Of a DNA stretch of 64,000 nt, positions 11,501-26,100 are shown one piece after another (position 1 is the stretch's first letter; the number at the start of each line of letters is the position of its first letter). The stretch lies in contig MNCI01000323.1 of NCBI GenBank assembly GCA_015680685.1, positions 59,305-123,304 of the forward strand, written 5' to 3'. Source of the stretch: Gnetum montanum. Taxonomy: Eukaryota > Plantae > Gnetophyta. Under the pieces are notes generated by a model that did not search any database, had not been told where the DNA came from, and worked only from the letters and a program-made list of their open reading frames with translations. The position numbers and the translations under genes were made by a program.

Positions 11501-14500
11501 TTATTATCGGGAAGTCCCCTTTGTCATTGTTTATTTGGATCACCAGGAAATCAACTGGGTATGACCAACCACACATGGTGGTAACAATGTCCTCCACAAG
11601 TCCCAAGGGCATAGTGATGGATTGGTTAGCCAACTCTAATTGAATATTTCTCTTCTTAAGTGGAGGCAAGTTCCAGGCTTTATACATTTCTTGCGATATT
11701 AAGTTGACTCTAAAACCTGAGTCAAGAAGAGCCTTATGTGGTTAATTCCCAGTGACTTGAAGGTAGATTAAGGAACTTCCAGGATTAGAGAGTTTCTTGG
11801 GAATGTGGCCCACCTTGATCCAGTCGATAACGGTATGTGTTAACATAACTGTGTGTATTAAGCTCTGTTGTTGGTTTGAAGGGAGCTCTGAAGCCTTATT
11901 TGTTGGAGGAGCATGTATGGACTCAACCGCTTGTGGTTGTGAGAGCTTTTTTGGGCTTTTGGTTCTAAAGAAATATCTTCTTTTTGTGCAATTTTTAGAA
12001 CCAGTAGTGGGTTGAAGGTTTACAGCTCTCGTAACATTACGTTGATACGGTTGAGTGGGGAGTTCGCCTTGCATCATTGGAGCGAGTGGTAGTGAAACTA
12101 TCGGCGTAAGAGTGATGGATGGATTTGAAAGATGGTAGGTATGTGGTGTTTCTCCCATAGGAGAAGGAGTCCTAAAATACTCCCAAACTTGGTAGTGACG
12201 TTGTGGGCTTACATAACCCATAGAGTCACTTGGAGAAACTAGCTGCTGCACGTAATAGCCATATGGGTCTGGTTGCTAGTAAGGATATTGTTGTCTAGGC
12301 GGTGGCATCCTCCATGACTATGGGTATTACCACTACTAGTGTTTCCTGATGGGTTGTGGTGCAGTTCCACTTGGATAATATGTTAATGTTTGGTGGAACT
12401 GCCTTGGGTTACCTTGGGGATAAAGTAATCAACGAGGTGCTTTCCGTTTGTTAAGTCTTGGGTTGAATGCATACACCCCAGACTCTTACAGATGTGAGAT
12501 TATTGGGTAACATCCCTTAGGATGGTCATATTGGTAGATCTCACATCCACTGTCATTATCTGTATCAAAGTCCAAAACCTCATCAGTGATAGTCATTTTT
12601 CCCTTACCTTTGTTACGTGCATAGTTTGAATCTCTCCTCTTTTTCTTATCATGGTCACTACTTTGCTCCATAGACTCCTCTACGATTTTCAAAACAGTTT
12701 TGAATCTACTATCCAAGGAGTCCCACATTTGATCTACCTTAGCTAACACTTCAGTTGTTAGCTTTTAAAGTGGAAAGGTTTTTCTATTCACCAACTTCTC
12801 AAGTGGTCACTCATCCTCTTCCTCACAGAATCTTACTCCCTTCTTTCGGAGGGAAGGATCGTAGTTATATTCTTCTACATTTTCTTTTTTTCGTAGCTCT
12901 CCTTCTTCCTTAGCTACTTGCTCCAACAGTCTATGCACCTCATGGGACCTAAGTTCAAATAATCTCCCTTGGGCATATGTCCCAAGGGTTCTCCTAGTTT
13001 CATGTCTTAGCCCATCTACAAGATGGCATAGTTGATCCCGTTGTGCGTAACCATGGCCCAGGCAACGATGTAGCAATGCATAATATTGTCCCATGGCAGC
13101 ATCCAAGGACTCATGAGTTCCCTGCTTCCATCCTTGGATTTTTTTCGTAAGTTGGACACTAGAGAGTACGTTTGATATTTATCATTAAACAGTTCTAGCA
13201 TTGTACTCCACCTCCTAATGGTTTCTGATTCTAAGGACTAGTACCAACTTTTCACTTCCTTTATGAGTATCCTTGGGAACAACTTTAACTTTTTCCACTC
13301 GGTTTCAATGTTCTGCAAGGTGTAGGAATCATGAAATGCCTATAAGTGATTTTGCATATCAGCGTTGTATCCCCCCTCAAATCGTGGGATATTATTCATG
13401 TCTAGTCTCTTGATCTGACTATCTTTCTGGTGCCTTGTAGGTATTCTAATGGCCTCCGTAATGTCTAACATACTTTGGGTGGCAAGTAGGGGTTCATCGT
13501 TGTCATTTCTTTCATGGCATTTGTGATGCCTACACAGTTCCCTACTTTCCCTTCTTCCATGCCTTGACTCCCTAGAGTGCCCTCATCCTCATTCTTGACT
13601 CTCTCGTTGAGGTATCTCATTTTGCTTATCTTTATCCTTATCCTCATGGTTGGGCTCTTTGTGACTGCATCCTGATGTGGAAGGAGAGGATGAGTAATGC
13701 GATGAAGGGGAAGAGGCAGGAGAACCATCGCCATGACGATGTTTCCTACCTTCTCTTTGGTAATCCCAACCCTGATCGTGATGACGATCAGAATGCTCAT
13801 CCTTATCATTTGTTTGTGTTCCCTCACCGAACACTTGGTGTTTTTGGGCATCAAAACCAAGGTTGTGTATCGTGGAGCGAAGTTTCTGATACACCACCTC
13901 CTCACTATCGCTAGGAGAGGGAACATCATTTTGTGGAGAACCTATTGAGATAGATTCACCACCCCTAAATTCCCTTATGACAAGTGAAGCATTATGGGAT
14001 CCTTTTCCCTTCATTGATGTGTGGTAACTCTCCTGCCGTGTGTCCCGTTGATGTTGCGCTGCTATGGGATGGTAATCCCTTATTTCATAATCACATACAA
14101 TGTATTCAGCATATAGCTACATCATGTCTATCTATGCAAGAGCACGAAGGAGCATGTTAGGGACTACCCAGTCTGGAGGTAACACTATGTTACCTTGCAA
14201 GTCTCGCCAACGCAGTTGTTCATCTTGGTGGAGGATAAAGGTAAAATTGGATACATACTCATCGTGATGAGTATATACTACCCGATACTATTGAGGAACT
14301 GGTGGATCTGGGTTACATGTGTTAGACCGCCAACTATCTCTTGTGTGATCCCCAGGTGGTGAAGTGCTTTTATGAGAAGAAGAAGACATTGTTATCTTGT
14401 CAGTGTGCTATTGACCATTGTTTAAAATTTCTTCTAATTAATCCTAAGGGTTTTTTTAAGCTTCCCAATGATGTGGATGATTTCCTATGTTCTACATAGC

Positions 14501-15363
14501 TCACAAACAACTTAGTCCCCGGCAATGGTGCCAATGATGAGTGGCGAGGTACCCCTACACTCAACCATACGAATACAAGCGTTACACGCATGATCCGTTC
14601 AAACTCCATAGACTAAGTGCCTACACGCCTTATGGAAAACCTAAGGTTAATCATTTGTTGTCTTCCCAAACTTACTTGTATTTGTCACGGTTGTATGGTT
14701 AAGTAAGTCTCAGGTATATGATTTTTATATCTTTTATGTTTTATCACCTATGCTAATGAGGGAAAGGGTGAAGAGACTAAGTAATTAACTTTAACTAACT
14801 AAGTTCTAATGCCTAGCATCAGTATCCATCCCACTTTCCATTCACACCCTGAATCAATGCAACCTTCTGGGATTACCTAATGCTAATTGTTACTGGGATT
14901 ACCAAGCATAACACATGTGCTCAAAGTGGTCATACTGAATACACTTAACTATGAGAGTTCAAGGTTGAGAGAGATTAAGTCCTTAAGAAATTATTTAAAC
15001 AATTAACAATAATTAAAGTCCTATTTAGCTTAGTCAATGCACTGCAAGGTTTATCAAAAAGTTCATCTTTATTGCCGTACACAATTGTGTGCTCAGGTAC
15101 AGAATTGCTTGAATAAAGATCCGTTCACTTTGGGACTCCTACTGCGGGCACATGGAAATTATTCTAACTATGGAATGGAGAAATGGCAAGAGTTTGGCTA
15201 CAGTCTAGATCTAGATGGTGAAATAAGGAAGAGCCGCCACTTATTTATAGATTTGGTGGCAAGCTGCGATATCGCGTACGCAATATCGCAGGGAATGATG
15301 CGATATAGCATATACAATATCGCGTACACGATATCACGGCCCATGAGATATCGCGTCCCATCA
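8532..15363 (-). mobile_element. Non-autonomous Athila-like LTR retrotransposon, copy A (gag-PR, no RT/RH/INT)
   Basis: 5' LTR 14535-15363; tRNA-Asp-type PBS TGGCACCATTGCCGGGGA (~14516-14533); gag fragments 12486-14014; protease 11418-11760; internal PPT ~11030-11050; PPT 9144-9160; 3' LTR 8532-9143, truncated at its distal end. Confidence 0.88.
14535..15363 (-). repeat. 5' LTR of Athila-like copy A (829 bp)
   Basis: TGATG...CATCA termini; aligns with 8532-9143; abuts the PBS. Confidence 0.9.
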
Positions 15364-15549
15364 AAGATGCTTTGGATTCTTTCTTGTGAGGCTTATGGAT
15401 CCAAAGTTAAAACGATTCCATGTTGAAATTTCTTGAATCTCTAGAACTAAATTTTTCAATGTTACAGATTTTTGGTGCTAGAATGAGGGTCTCTACTTAA
15501 CTTCTTTGCTAAAATCCAATTTCAATTTTTCCATCAGTGTTGGAGTTTT

Positions 15550-16450
15550 TCAAAACCTAGCATGTAACCTGTAACCTACAAACCATTGTCAGGTTTTTCT
15601 CAAAACCCAACATGTGGCTTGTGACTAGTTTTGCTCCTTTTAATTTTTCTAAGTACTGTGTTTTCCCAGAACCTAGCATGTGACCTACAACCATTCCAGA
15701 CTATTTAACTTTTTCAAAACAATTTTTAGGCTTTCTTGAAGCTCAACATATAGCCTACCACCAATTCCAAGTGCAACAAATTCCAAAATTTAGTGTTGGA
15801 TCTCCCTAAGACCCAGCATGTGGCCTACAACCAGTGTCATTTTTAACAACCTTGCATTGGTGCTAGGTCTCATTCTAGGTCTCCCTAAGGCCCAGCATAT
15901 GGCTTGTGACTTGTTTCAATTTTTTGTAAATTAAAATTTTTAGCTACATTATGTAGCACTACTCCCATTCCTTGCACTTTAAAACACCAAAATTAATTTT
16001 AAATTTTTTCTGCAGTGCAATGCACAACGTTGCCATAGCTACCTACACTAACTTTGCAGTTGCAGTGTACTACGATCTCTGTTCTTATCATTCCCTCTTT
16101 GTAGTTTCTTGGCCATTTGTTCTTCATGTGCTAAGAAAAACTTAAAACAAAATTTTTCAAAAAAATTTATTACTACTTTGTAGTTGTAGCGTAGTTAAGA
16201 CTGTGCAGTCTCACACACTGACTTCCACATGTTGTGCAATCTCACATGTTGAGACTTCCACATGCTTGGTAGTCTCACAAGATGAGGCTTTTACAAGCTG
16301 TGTTTTCTCACATGTTGAAGCTTCCACATGTTGAGACTTCCACATGTTGGGCAACCTCACATGTTGAAACTTCCACACATTGAGACTTCCACACACTAGG
16401 TAGTTTCACACGCTGTGAAAGTCTAACATGCTAAAGCTTCACACTGAAGC
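15550..16450 (+). repeat. Two degenerate tandem arrays in the leader of a Ty3 element
   Basis: Recurrent aacc(t/c)agcatgtg.cct.caacc units (15550-15910) and ~16-bp cacatgttgagacttc units (16210-16450), upstream of a gag relic. Confidence 0.7.
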
Positions 16451-16589
16451 TTCATACACTATGGGCCTTACACACTACAAACTTGTAGCTTACTTAAGCA
16501 TTAGAAACTTTAAATGTCTTTATTACTTTGATCAATTTATTAGTTTTCTACATTTTATACCTTTTACATCCATAGTTCTACCTCACAAC

Positions 16590-18300
16590 ATTGCATACAT
16601 GGCCTCATACTAGGGGGTTGTCCAAATCTAGGATCCTAAGGATTTGACTATAGTTGGGCATAGATAGTCCATTAGGCGAATGGGGCAAGAACTAGCTTAC
16701 ATGAACATAAATGAGAAATATTAAACTTTATCTATGTGAAAATTTAAGCTAGCTAGCTTATCCCTTGCAAATATTTCGAATTAAAATGTCAATTTTAGAT
16801 TATCCACAAGAATGGAAAGGAGTATATTCCCTCAACTTATGACCAAATCAAACTAACTAATTTCCATATCCATATGTTGGCACAATTAGTAGAACTAGAG
16901 GAGGTGAGTAAGGAGATTATTTCAAATGAAAACCAAGAGGAACAAGCTAAGTTTGAGGTTGAGTATGAACTAGATAATTTAATAGGGGATCTCTTACACT
17001 GGTCAACTCTAAAGGCAACTGTCCCTAAGTCCACATCTCTCATATCTTCTATGAATTAAATTTTCCAATCTATCACCTTTTATCCTACCATGTTCAGCCT
17101 AACACTGGTTGTTATAGCACACCAATCTTAGCTAGCATTCCACTTCATCTCCCTATTTTTATCAATACCATTTACAATCCAACCTCATTCTATGCAACCA
17201 TCACACGTGGTATCTACCACACCTCATCCTTTCATCATACCTGTAAGCCCCTCTTTAGGATCCCAAGCTTTCCACATTCTCTTTGCTTCATTTATTCCTT
17301 GTGTCAACTCAAACCTCCTTCTCCTTATTTAACCTACTTGGGATAGTGCTTACATAACCACTTCCATCTATTCCAATGCCAATTGCATAGCCTCAAGCTA
17401 TTCAACCCCCTTCACAACCATTAGTACAAACATCGCAACCTACAAGGATGTGCCAAGGCTTAGATCAAGCCTTCCAAATGATTCAAGACCTTAACGAAGA
17501 GCTATGGAAGCTTAAAGCCAGCACAACACAAGTAGTGAAGGTTATGGATTTCTACCAAATAACATTACTTGTGGACATGCTTATACCAAACTTCACCAAA
17601 TACAATGGTGAAGGGGAACTGAATCCACATCTAGTCATCTTTTATTCTGAGTGTATTCTATTACAAGCTTAGCCTCATACAATATTATGCATTTTCCCTA
17701 TGTCTCTTAAGGGAAAGATTATAGATTGGTATCAAACCTTGCATAGAGGCTCCATATCTTCCCTTAAAAACTTAATAAACCACTTTGTCAACTACTTTAG
17801 ATATAACTTAAAGCTTGATACAACATTAGACCAACTTATGAAGGTGAAGTAAAGGCCACTTGAACTAGTAAAAAGGTTCATTTAGAGATGGAATTCAATG
17901 CTCAATGAGATTCCAAAGGCTATCTCTGAAAGTCACCTCTTGACCATCTTCAAGGAAGTAGTGAATGACTTCATCAAGTTAAAACTTTACTACTGAGAGT
18001 CCCAATCACTAAGCCAAGACTTTTTTGCAAACTAAGAACATCGAGGAAGTTGCTAAGGCTTGCAATGATCCAGCCTATGTGTCCTATAAAAATCAACACG
18101 AAGGAGGGATATGAAGATAACTATGAAAGAACAAAAAATCATGGCTGCAGTATGCAAGGATACAAGACAAGCAAAAAGGTGGGGATCACTACCACACAAT
18201 GCATCTTCTAACTCATCACAACTATCCACCTCCTATGCTCCAATCAACCAAGATCAAACTTTGGATAAAAGGATAGGACTAAGTATACCAGCTTTTCTAT
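16590..18300 (+). mobile_element. Degenerate Ty3/gypsy (Tat/Ogre-like) gag
   Basis: PNFTKYNGEGELNPHL...CIFPMSLKGKIIDWYQTLHRGSISSLKNLINHFV, a retrotransposon gag signature, with stops and frameshifts. Confidence 0.7.
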
Positions 18301-20107
18301 GAAGCCCTCTAAGCTTTTAGAATAGTTAAATATAATTGTATACAACATAAGCTAGTGTCTGAGGAGGCTCATAAGAGGCACAATCATCTTTGCAACATAG
18401 CTAGGAACCCAATAATAGCAACCAAAGAAGATCCAAAACCTTGTAGCCTCCTCCTACACTACATTATCAATTACCTACTCTTGCCTTCCCACTGCTCACT
18501 CATTACTCTCTTCTTGCCACTTTGTAGGCCTAAACCACGTGCAACACCTTGGCTACTCCATTGTATTACTACACCACCTCCCACCTATGCAAGCCCTAGA
18601 TGGAGGCCACACAAGCCTAATTGCCAAGCGCTCCTTATGATGCCAAGCGCTCCTTATGATGCCAAGCCACAGAAACCCTTTGCTCTTTCCTATGTTGGAA
18701 AACCCTCACCTCCTACATCCCACATGCCTCTATCGCTCTACTACTTTTCCATCGCCATTTTTAAGCACAACTCATTTCCATGGCTGCTGCTAGCATAATG
18801 GACATGTGGCCTAGCAACAGGCCATATAGAGCTATATAGGGCCAACAATAGGCTACGTTGGCCCTATAGATGGCTACACTCTAGCCTTGCAATGGGCCAT
18901 GTAGCCCCTAACTCTTGGCCAAATTGCTAAAACCCTCTTACTGCCCTCACATTTCGCTAATGTTGACCTTTTGGTATATCAAAACCTTCAATAAAATGGA
19001 GAATATAGATCGTGTATTTGTGATTGTAGCCTTACAGGACCATGAAATAATATAATAAGCAAGGACTTCAAATAAAGAAACAAGATTTTAAAACAAGAGC
19101 TTAAAGAATCAAGTGTTCAAAACGAGAGCTCAAAGAACCAAGACTTTAGAACGATAGCTACATTAAGATGATGAAACAAAGACTAAAGCGGACAAGATGT
19201 GAACATGGATTGAAACAAAGTATATGAGCCAAATAACGATGTTTCAAGGACTATGGGGATGCTGATCTACTGAAGAAATGACTTATGATCCAAACTTGGC
19301 TTACAGGATGAACATCCATAGTTGACATCAAACGTCCCACCTGAAGAATGGACGTCCAAGGATAGACATCTCTTTTGAATTAAAAAGTGTTGTAGATAGA
19401 CATTCATAGTGAGACATAGACATTCATACTGGAAGATAGATGTCCATACCAAGAACATGGACATCTCTGTTAGCCATTACCTAGCCATTGAATGAAATCC
19501 GAGAAGTCTTTGGAAACTTGAAAAGCATAAAGCAAAGTGGAATTCATGAGAATAGAAAGCATTGTTCATTGTTAAATCTATTCAAGACTACTCAAAGATA
19601 TTTTGTATTTGTTCTTCATTGAATTATCATTTATAGAATTTTTTTTTCTTCTTCATTGATTCATCATTTATATATATTGTATGTAGTGAGCTTCAATTTC
19701 AAGGACTCTATAAATCAAGTTACATTCTCTCCTTGATCTTTTTCTTTCTTTCTTTGTAGCCCCATAGGGTTGATGTGCTTCTTTCAAGAAGCCATCTTCA
19801 TTGAGCTTATTGGGGCCTTGAGGGGTTGAGTGGTTTTTGTAGTGACAAAACACTCCAAAGCAGAGCTAACGTTTTGTAAAGGTTACGAGATCCTTGAAAC
19901 CACATGTTGATTTTATTGGGACCTTGTGATGTTGAGTGATTTTGTAGTGACGAAACGCTTCAAAGTAGAGCTCAAATCTTGTAAAGGTTGTAGTGCCCTT
20001 TAAACGACATCTTCCAAGGAACAAAGTTCAGAGGTGTGCATGAATTCTACCCTCCAAGTATGGAGGTACCCAAGTTGAGGAACCACATAAAGATTATGTT
20101 TAATTTT

Positions 20108-23100
20108 TGATGAGTGGCGAGGTACCCCTACACTCAACCATACGAATACGAGCATTACATGCACGATCTAGTCAAACTCCGCAAACTAAGTGCCTACATG
20201 CCTTATGGAANNNNNNNNNNNNNNNNNNNNNNNNNNNNNNNNNNNNNNNNNNNNNNNNNNNNNNNNNNNNNNNNNNNNNNNNNNNNNNNNNNNNNNNNNN
20301 NNNNNNNNNNNNNTTCACACCCTAAACCAATGCAACCTTGGTTACCAAATGCTACTCGTTGCTGGGATCACCAAGCGTAATTCACGTGCTCGAAGTGGTC
20401 GTACTGAGGCACTTAACTAGAAGAGAAGGGTTGAGAGATATTTAATGACTAGTAAAGAATTTAAATGATAAAAAATAAATAACAATAAATAAAATCCCAT
20501 TTAGCCTATTCCATGCACTACAAGGTTTATCTAAGAAGTTCATCTTTATTGCCATACACAAACATGTGTTCAGGTACAATATTTGCTCGAATAAAGATCT
20601 GTTCACTTTGGAGCTCCTACTATGGGCACATGGAAAATATTCTATCTCTGGAGGGATCAAACTACTAGAGTTTTGCTACGGTCTAGGCCTAGAATGAGAA
20701 ACAAGGGAGAGCTGCCTCTTATTTATAGATTTGATGATGCACTACGATATTGCGTATGTGATATCGCAGGGGAAGACGCGATATCACGTACGTGATATCA
20801 CGGCCCATGCGATATCGCGTCCCATCATACCCCCATGACTGAATAAAAATTCTTCCTCAAGTTCCTTACAAAATATTGGGATAGTATGGGATTACTGACT
20901 CAAATGGAACTAATGGGATGATGTGTGAATGGACCATCATTACAAGAAAAGACAAAACTGGTGTTCATGACAACAAGAGTGAACACCTTATACATTTGAC
21001 ATCAGGCCTTATTTGGTAGCTGAGAGAAAGAGAGAGAGAAAGAAGTGTTGCTGCTCCTAATGCAAAGATTGCACTTTTCATTATCCATCCATAAGTGCAC
21101 CGTCGATCTTGCTCCTTGCATAGTTGCTTCAGCACTGGTCCATTCCAAGTGTTCCCTCCAGATCCAATCCATTGTTGCATGATTGTCATTTGCACACACA
21201 ACACAGTCTTTATATTAGCAAGGGTAAATGAATCACAATGTAGTTGATACCTTACTTCGATGAAAGGTCCATTGGCTAGGTTGTGGTATGGCTGATTGCG
21301 AGTCTGGAGATATAATAGTGATGACTATCGAAGGTGCAGGGGTTAGGAGAAAATTGAAAAAATTGGGCCTCGTACCCCCATGACTAATCGCGAACCTCCG
21401 GTAGTGAGAGAATGGAAAAAGAAAAGGAACAAGAAAGATACCCAAAAAGAGACAACTATAACGTCGATGAAATGGATGTCAAGATGGAAATGAACAAAAT
21501 AATATAGATTGCAAAAATGTTAAGGGAAAGAATTTAACTAATGCACCAAATAGGAATGTCAGTGGGTCCTCCCGAAAGCAGGCTCATGCCCTGAATGCCT
21601 TGACATTCCCACATTCAAAGAGTCCGTAGGCTCTGGGAATGTCATTTGGAACAAGAGTTAAAGTCTTAACCACAAAAATTTACCGAAAAGAAAATAATGC
21701 GTCAACCAAAATATACACTAATGATACAATCAGCAATGAGGTGAACAATGGAGAGAAGGATGGAGAGAAGAGAATGGAATGGAATCCCAAGAACAAGGTG
21801 GTGTACAGCCCCTTGTGTAGTTAATGATTAATGTGACTTAGTAGATCCCATTCCAAGTCCGGCCTCAAACAAACTACTTCCAGTGACTTCGCATTAATGC
21901 ATTCGGCTAATCCATCCCCTTGACGCAACAAGAATGCCTTCCCAAAGAGCCACCACCATTCCAACAAAACGAAGGAGGAGAGAATGGGAAGTGAGAGGGG
22001 CATTAGTTAGAGGGAACATTTTTATTTTGAGATCCATAACCAGTGCTTGTAGCCCAAATGATTATTTCATCTAAGGGGTGTGCTTTGAATTCTTACAGTT
22101 TTTTTTTATGTTTATGCGTGAGAACCACACCATGCAAAGACTTTGTTATTTTTATTAACTCAACTTCCTGATAATTGGGTAACATCGAAACAATAAGAAA
22201 ACTCAAGAAGAAAACATCCAAGAACCCAAGAGAATGGCCAACACAAATGCATCAAGTTCCCTTCAAGTCACACCCTCTTCAATCCTTGAGTCCTTCCTTA
22301 GTTTGAGAAATGCCCAATCACAGATTCATTAATAGTTCTTATTTAGAAGGAGATTGTACATTTCCAAGCTGAGAGAGACCATAGAAATTGGTGGATGTAC
22401 GGATGAAGTCGACTCATTTCCTGCCATATTAAAAGACCCATACCTTAGTATCAACATCATGACTTAATGGTAAAAACAAAACATTAGCAATCAATAGAAA
22501 AATAGTTCATACCATCATTAAGAACACTTATTGGGTGACAAACTTACAAGATGGATAACACACACACACAAAATAAAAAAGTATAATGAGGTTGTAAACA
22601 AAATAAGAAAAGTTAAAGAAATTTGTAAAACAAAAATGTGCAAAACAAAAACGTGTAAAACAAAAATGTGTAAAAGAAAAAGGTGTAAAAAATTGTGTAA
22701 AAAAACATGTAAAAAAAATGTGAAAAACAATAACTTAAAAGAACTAAGGGCCCCAAATGATTAGCATAGGTGGCCATCTCCCCCATGACTGAATGGAAAG
22801 GAAGAGATCCGAAATAATGAACTCCTATTTGAATTTCTTAGAAGTGTCCAACTTCTCCCAATTGATGTTCTTCAATTAAGGGGTGGAAGTCGGCAACACT
22901 CATACTCCAATGTATCTATGCCTTCATTGTNGCAGCACTGATACTCCAATGTATCTATGCCTTCATTGTTGGCATGAGTTATTCTCCCAGTTCGTTCTAT
23001 GCATGTTGGTGGGCTGCTTCCTTGATCAGCTGTCAACCACTGGGTTTTCTCTTGTTGTGTGGTTGCTACATACAGGCACCTTTGTATCTAAGTTTCTAGG

Positions 23101-26100
23101 ACACACCGATTGCATGCAGGAGATGTTAAATTTTACATCACCCATGATTGTTGCATGTCATCACCCTCTGAGTCACTGTATGTGATGCATGGAAATTTCT
23201 TCTTCTTGATCTTTCCATAAATTTTTACCTTAGATATTTCCAAGGAAAGATCATGGATTCCTAGGCATGTGTCTATTGTGTTTAGCCATGCCCTTCCCAT
23301 TATAATTGGGAAGTCCCCTTCATTGTTGTTAACTTCTATCACCAGCAAATCAGCTGGGTATGACCAACCACACACAATGGTAACAATGTCCTCCACTAAT
23401 CCCAAGAAAATGGTGATGGATTGGTCTGCCAGCTCTAGTTGAATGTTTCTCTTCTTAAGTGGAGGCAGGTTCCAGGATTGATACATTTCTCATGATATTA
23501 AGTTAACTCTGGAACCTGAGTCAAGAAGAGCCTTACGTGGTTCGTTCCCGGCGACTTGGAGGTAGATTAAGGGACTCCAAGGGTCAGATATTTTCTTGGG
23601 AAGGTGGCCTACCTTGATCCAATTGGTTATGGTATGTGTTAACATAACCGTATGCGTTGAGCTCTGGTATTGGTTTGAAGGGAGCTTCGAAGCCTTATGT
23701 GTTGGATGAGTGTGCATAGACTTAACTGCTTATGGTTGTGAGAGCTTGTCTAGGCTTTTGGTTTTGAAGAAAGGTCTTCTTTTCTTGTGGTTGTCAGAAC
23801 CAGCAGCGGGTTGAAGGTTCACAGCTCTCGTAGCATTACGTTGCTGCGGTTGATTGGGGAGTTCCCCTTGCATTTTTGGAGCAGGAGGTAGTGGAACTAC
23901 CAGTGGAAGAGAGGCAGACGGATTTGGAGGATGGTATGGATATGGAGTGTCTCCTGAAGGAGAAGGAGTCCTTCTAAAGTACTCCTGAACTTGGTAGTGA
24001 TGTTGGGGAGTTGTGTGACCCATAGAGTCACTTGGAGAAACTGGTTGTTGCACGTAGTAGCCATAAGGATCAAGTTGTCGGTAAGGGTATTGTTGTTTCG
24101 GCGGTGGCATCCCCCATGACTATGGGTATTGCCACTACTGATGTTGCCCGATGGGTTGTGGTAGAGTTCCACTTGGATAGTACGTCAACAATTGGTGGAA
24201 CTATCTTGGGTTACCTTGGGGATAAGGTAACCTTCGGGGTGTCTTCCGTCTGTTAAGTCTCGGGTTGAGTGCATACATCTCAGACTCTTGTAGATGTGAG
24301 ATGATTGTACAACATCCCTTAGGATGGTCATATTGGAAAATCTCACATCCATCATCATTGTTTGTATCTGAATCCACAACCTCATTGGAAATAGTTATTT
24401 TCCCCTTACCTTTGTCACGTGCAGGGCCTAAATATCTCCACTTTTTCTTGTCCTTGTCACTGCTTCGTTCCTCCTTAGATTCCTCTACAATCTTTAGGAC
24501 AGTTTCAATTTTACTATCTAAGGAGCTCCATACATCATCTACCTTAGCCGATACTTCCGTTGTTAGCTTTTGAAGCGGAAAGGTTTTTCTATTCACCAAC
24601 TCTTCAAGTGGTGACTCATCCTCTTCATCGCAACATCTCATTCCCCTCTTCCGGAGGGAAGGATCATGGTAATATGCTTCTGTGCTCTCTCTTTTTTGTA
24701 GCTCCCCTTCTTCTTTGGCTACTTGCTCCAACAATCGATGAACTTCATGGGATCTAAGTTCTGATAATCTCTCTTGGGCATAAGTCCCAAGGGTTCTCCT
24801 AGTTTCATACCATAGCCCATCTACGATGTGGCGGAGTTGATCCCACTATGCATAATCATGGCCCAGGCAACGATGTAGCAATGCATAGTAGCGGCCCATG
24901 GCAACATCCAAGGGTTCGTGAGTTCCTTGCTTCCATCCTTGGATCTTCTTACGAAATTTAGACACTCTAGAGTACGTTTCATATTTATTGTTGAAGAGTT
25001 CTAACATCGTACTCCACCTCCTAATGGTTTCTAGTACTAGGGACTGGTACCAACTCTCTGCTTCCTTTATGAGTGTCCTAGGAAACAACTTTAATTTCTA
25101 CCACTCATTCTCTATGTTTTGCAAGGCATAGGCATCATGGAATGCCTATAAATGATTTTGCAGATCAATGTTGTATCCCCCTTCGAAGCATGGGATATTA
25201 TTCATGTCTAAGCACTTGATCCGACTATCTTTTTGATGCCTTGTTGGTATTCTCACTACCTCCGTTATATCTAGCATGCTTCGGGTGGCAAGTAGGGGTT
25301 TATCATGATCATCTCTTTCATGACATCTATGATGCCTTTCTAGTTCCCTACTTTCCCTTCATTCATGCCCTTGTCCTTGCTCTGGACTCTCTCATCGAGG
25401 TCTCTCATTTTGCCTACCTTTATCCTCACCATTATGCTCTTGGTGACTGCACCCTAATGTGGAAGGAGAGGGTGAATGATGTGATGAAGGGAAAGAAGAA
25501 GGAAAACCATCACCATGACGATGTTTCTTACCTTCTCTTCGGTAGCTTCGGCCCCGATCGTGATGATGATCTGAATGCCTGTCCTTGTCATGAGTTGTTG
25601 TTCCCTTAGTGAATAGCTGGTGTTCACAGGGATCAGGACCATGGTTGTGTATCATGGAGCGTAGGTTCTAATACCCCACCTCCTCACTATCTTTAGAAGG
25701 GGGAACATCTTTTGATAGAGAACCATTTATAAGTGGTTCACCATCTCCCATTTACGTAGGACATGCAGGACCCCTTTTCCCTTCAACAATGTATGATGGC
25801 TCTCCTACCTTAAGTCCCTTAAACATTGTGTGGTTGTGGGATGGTAATCCCTCATGTCAAAATCTACCGCAATGTATTCAGCGTATAATTCCATCATGCC
25901 TATCTATGCCAGAGCACGGAGGAGCATGTTAGGGACTGCATGATATGGAGGTAACACTATGTTACCTTGTAAATCTCTCCAACGCATCTATTCATCCTGA
26001 TGGAGGATAAAAGTAAAATTGGGTATATACTCATCGAGATGAGTATATACCACCCTATACTGTTGAGGAACTGGCTAATTTTGGTTATGTGTTTTAGACT

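Noticed and set aside
16210-16450. Regularly spaced short repeats, superficially CRISPR-like
   Set aside because: No unique spacers, degenerate units, eukaryotic context and no cas genes; this is a retroelement leader minisatellite.
22531-22764. Lys/Cys-rich ORF (CKTKMCKTKTCK...)
   Set aside because: Translation of an expanded tgtaaaa(c)aaaa microsatellite-like tract in the element's non-coding region.
22900-22970. Tandem duplication atactccaatgtatctatgccttcattgt
   Set aside because: It straddles a single n and is absent from copies A and C; likely a contig-overlap artefact.
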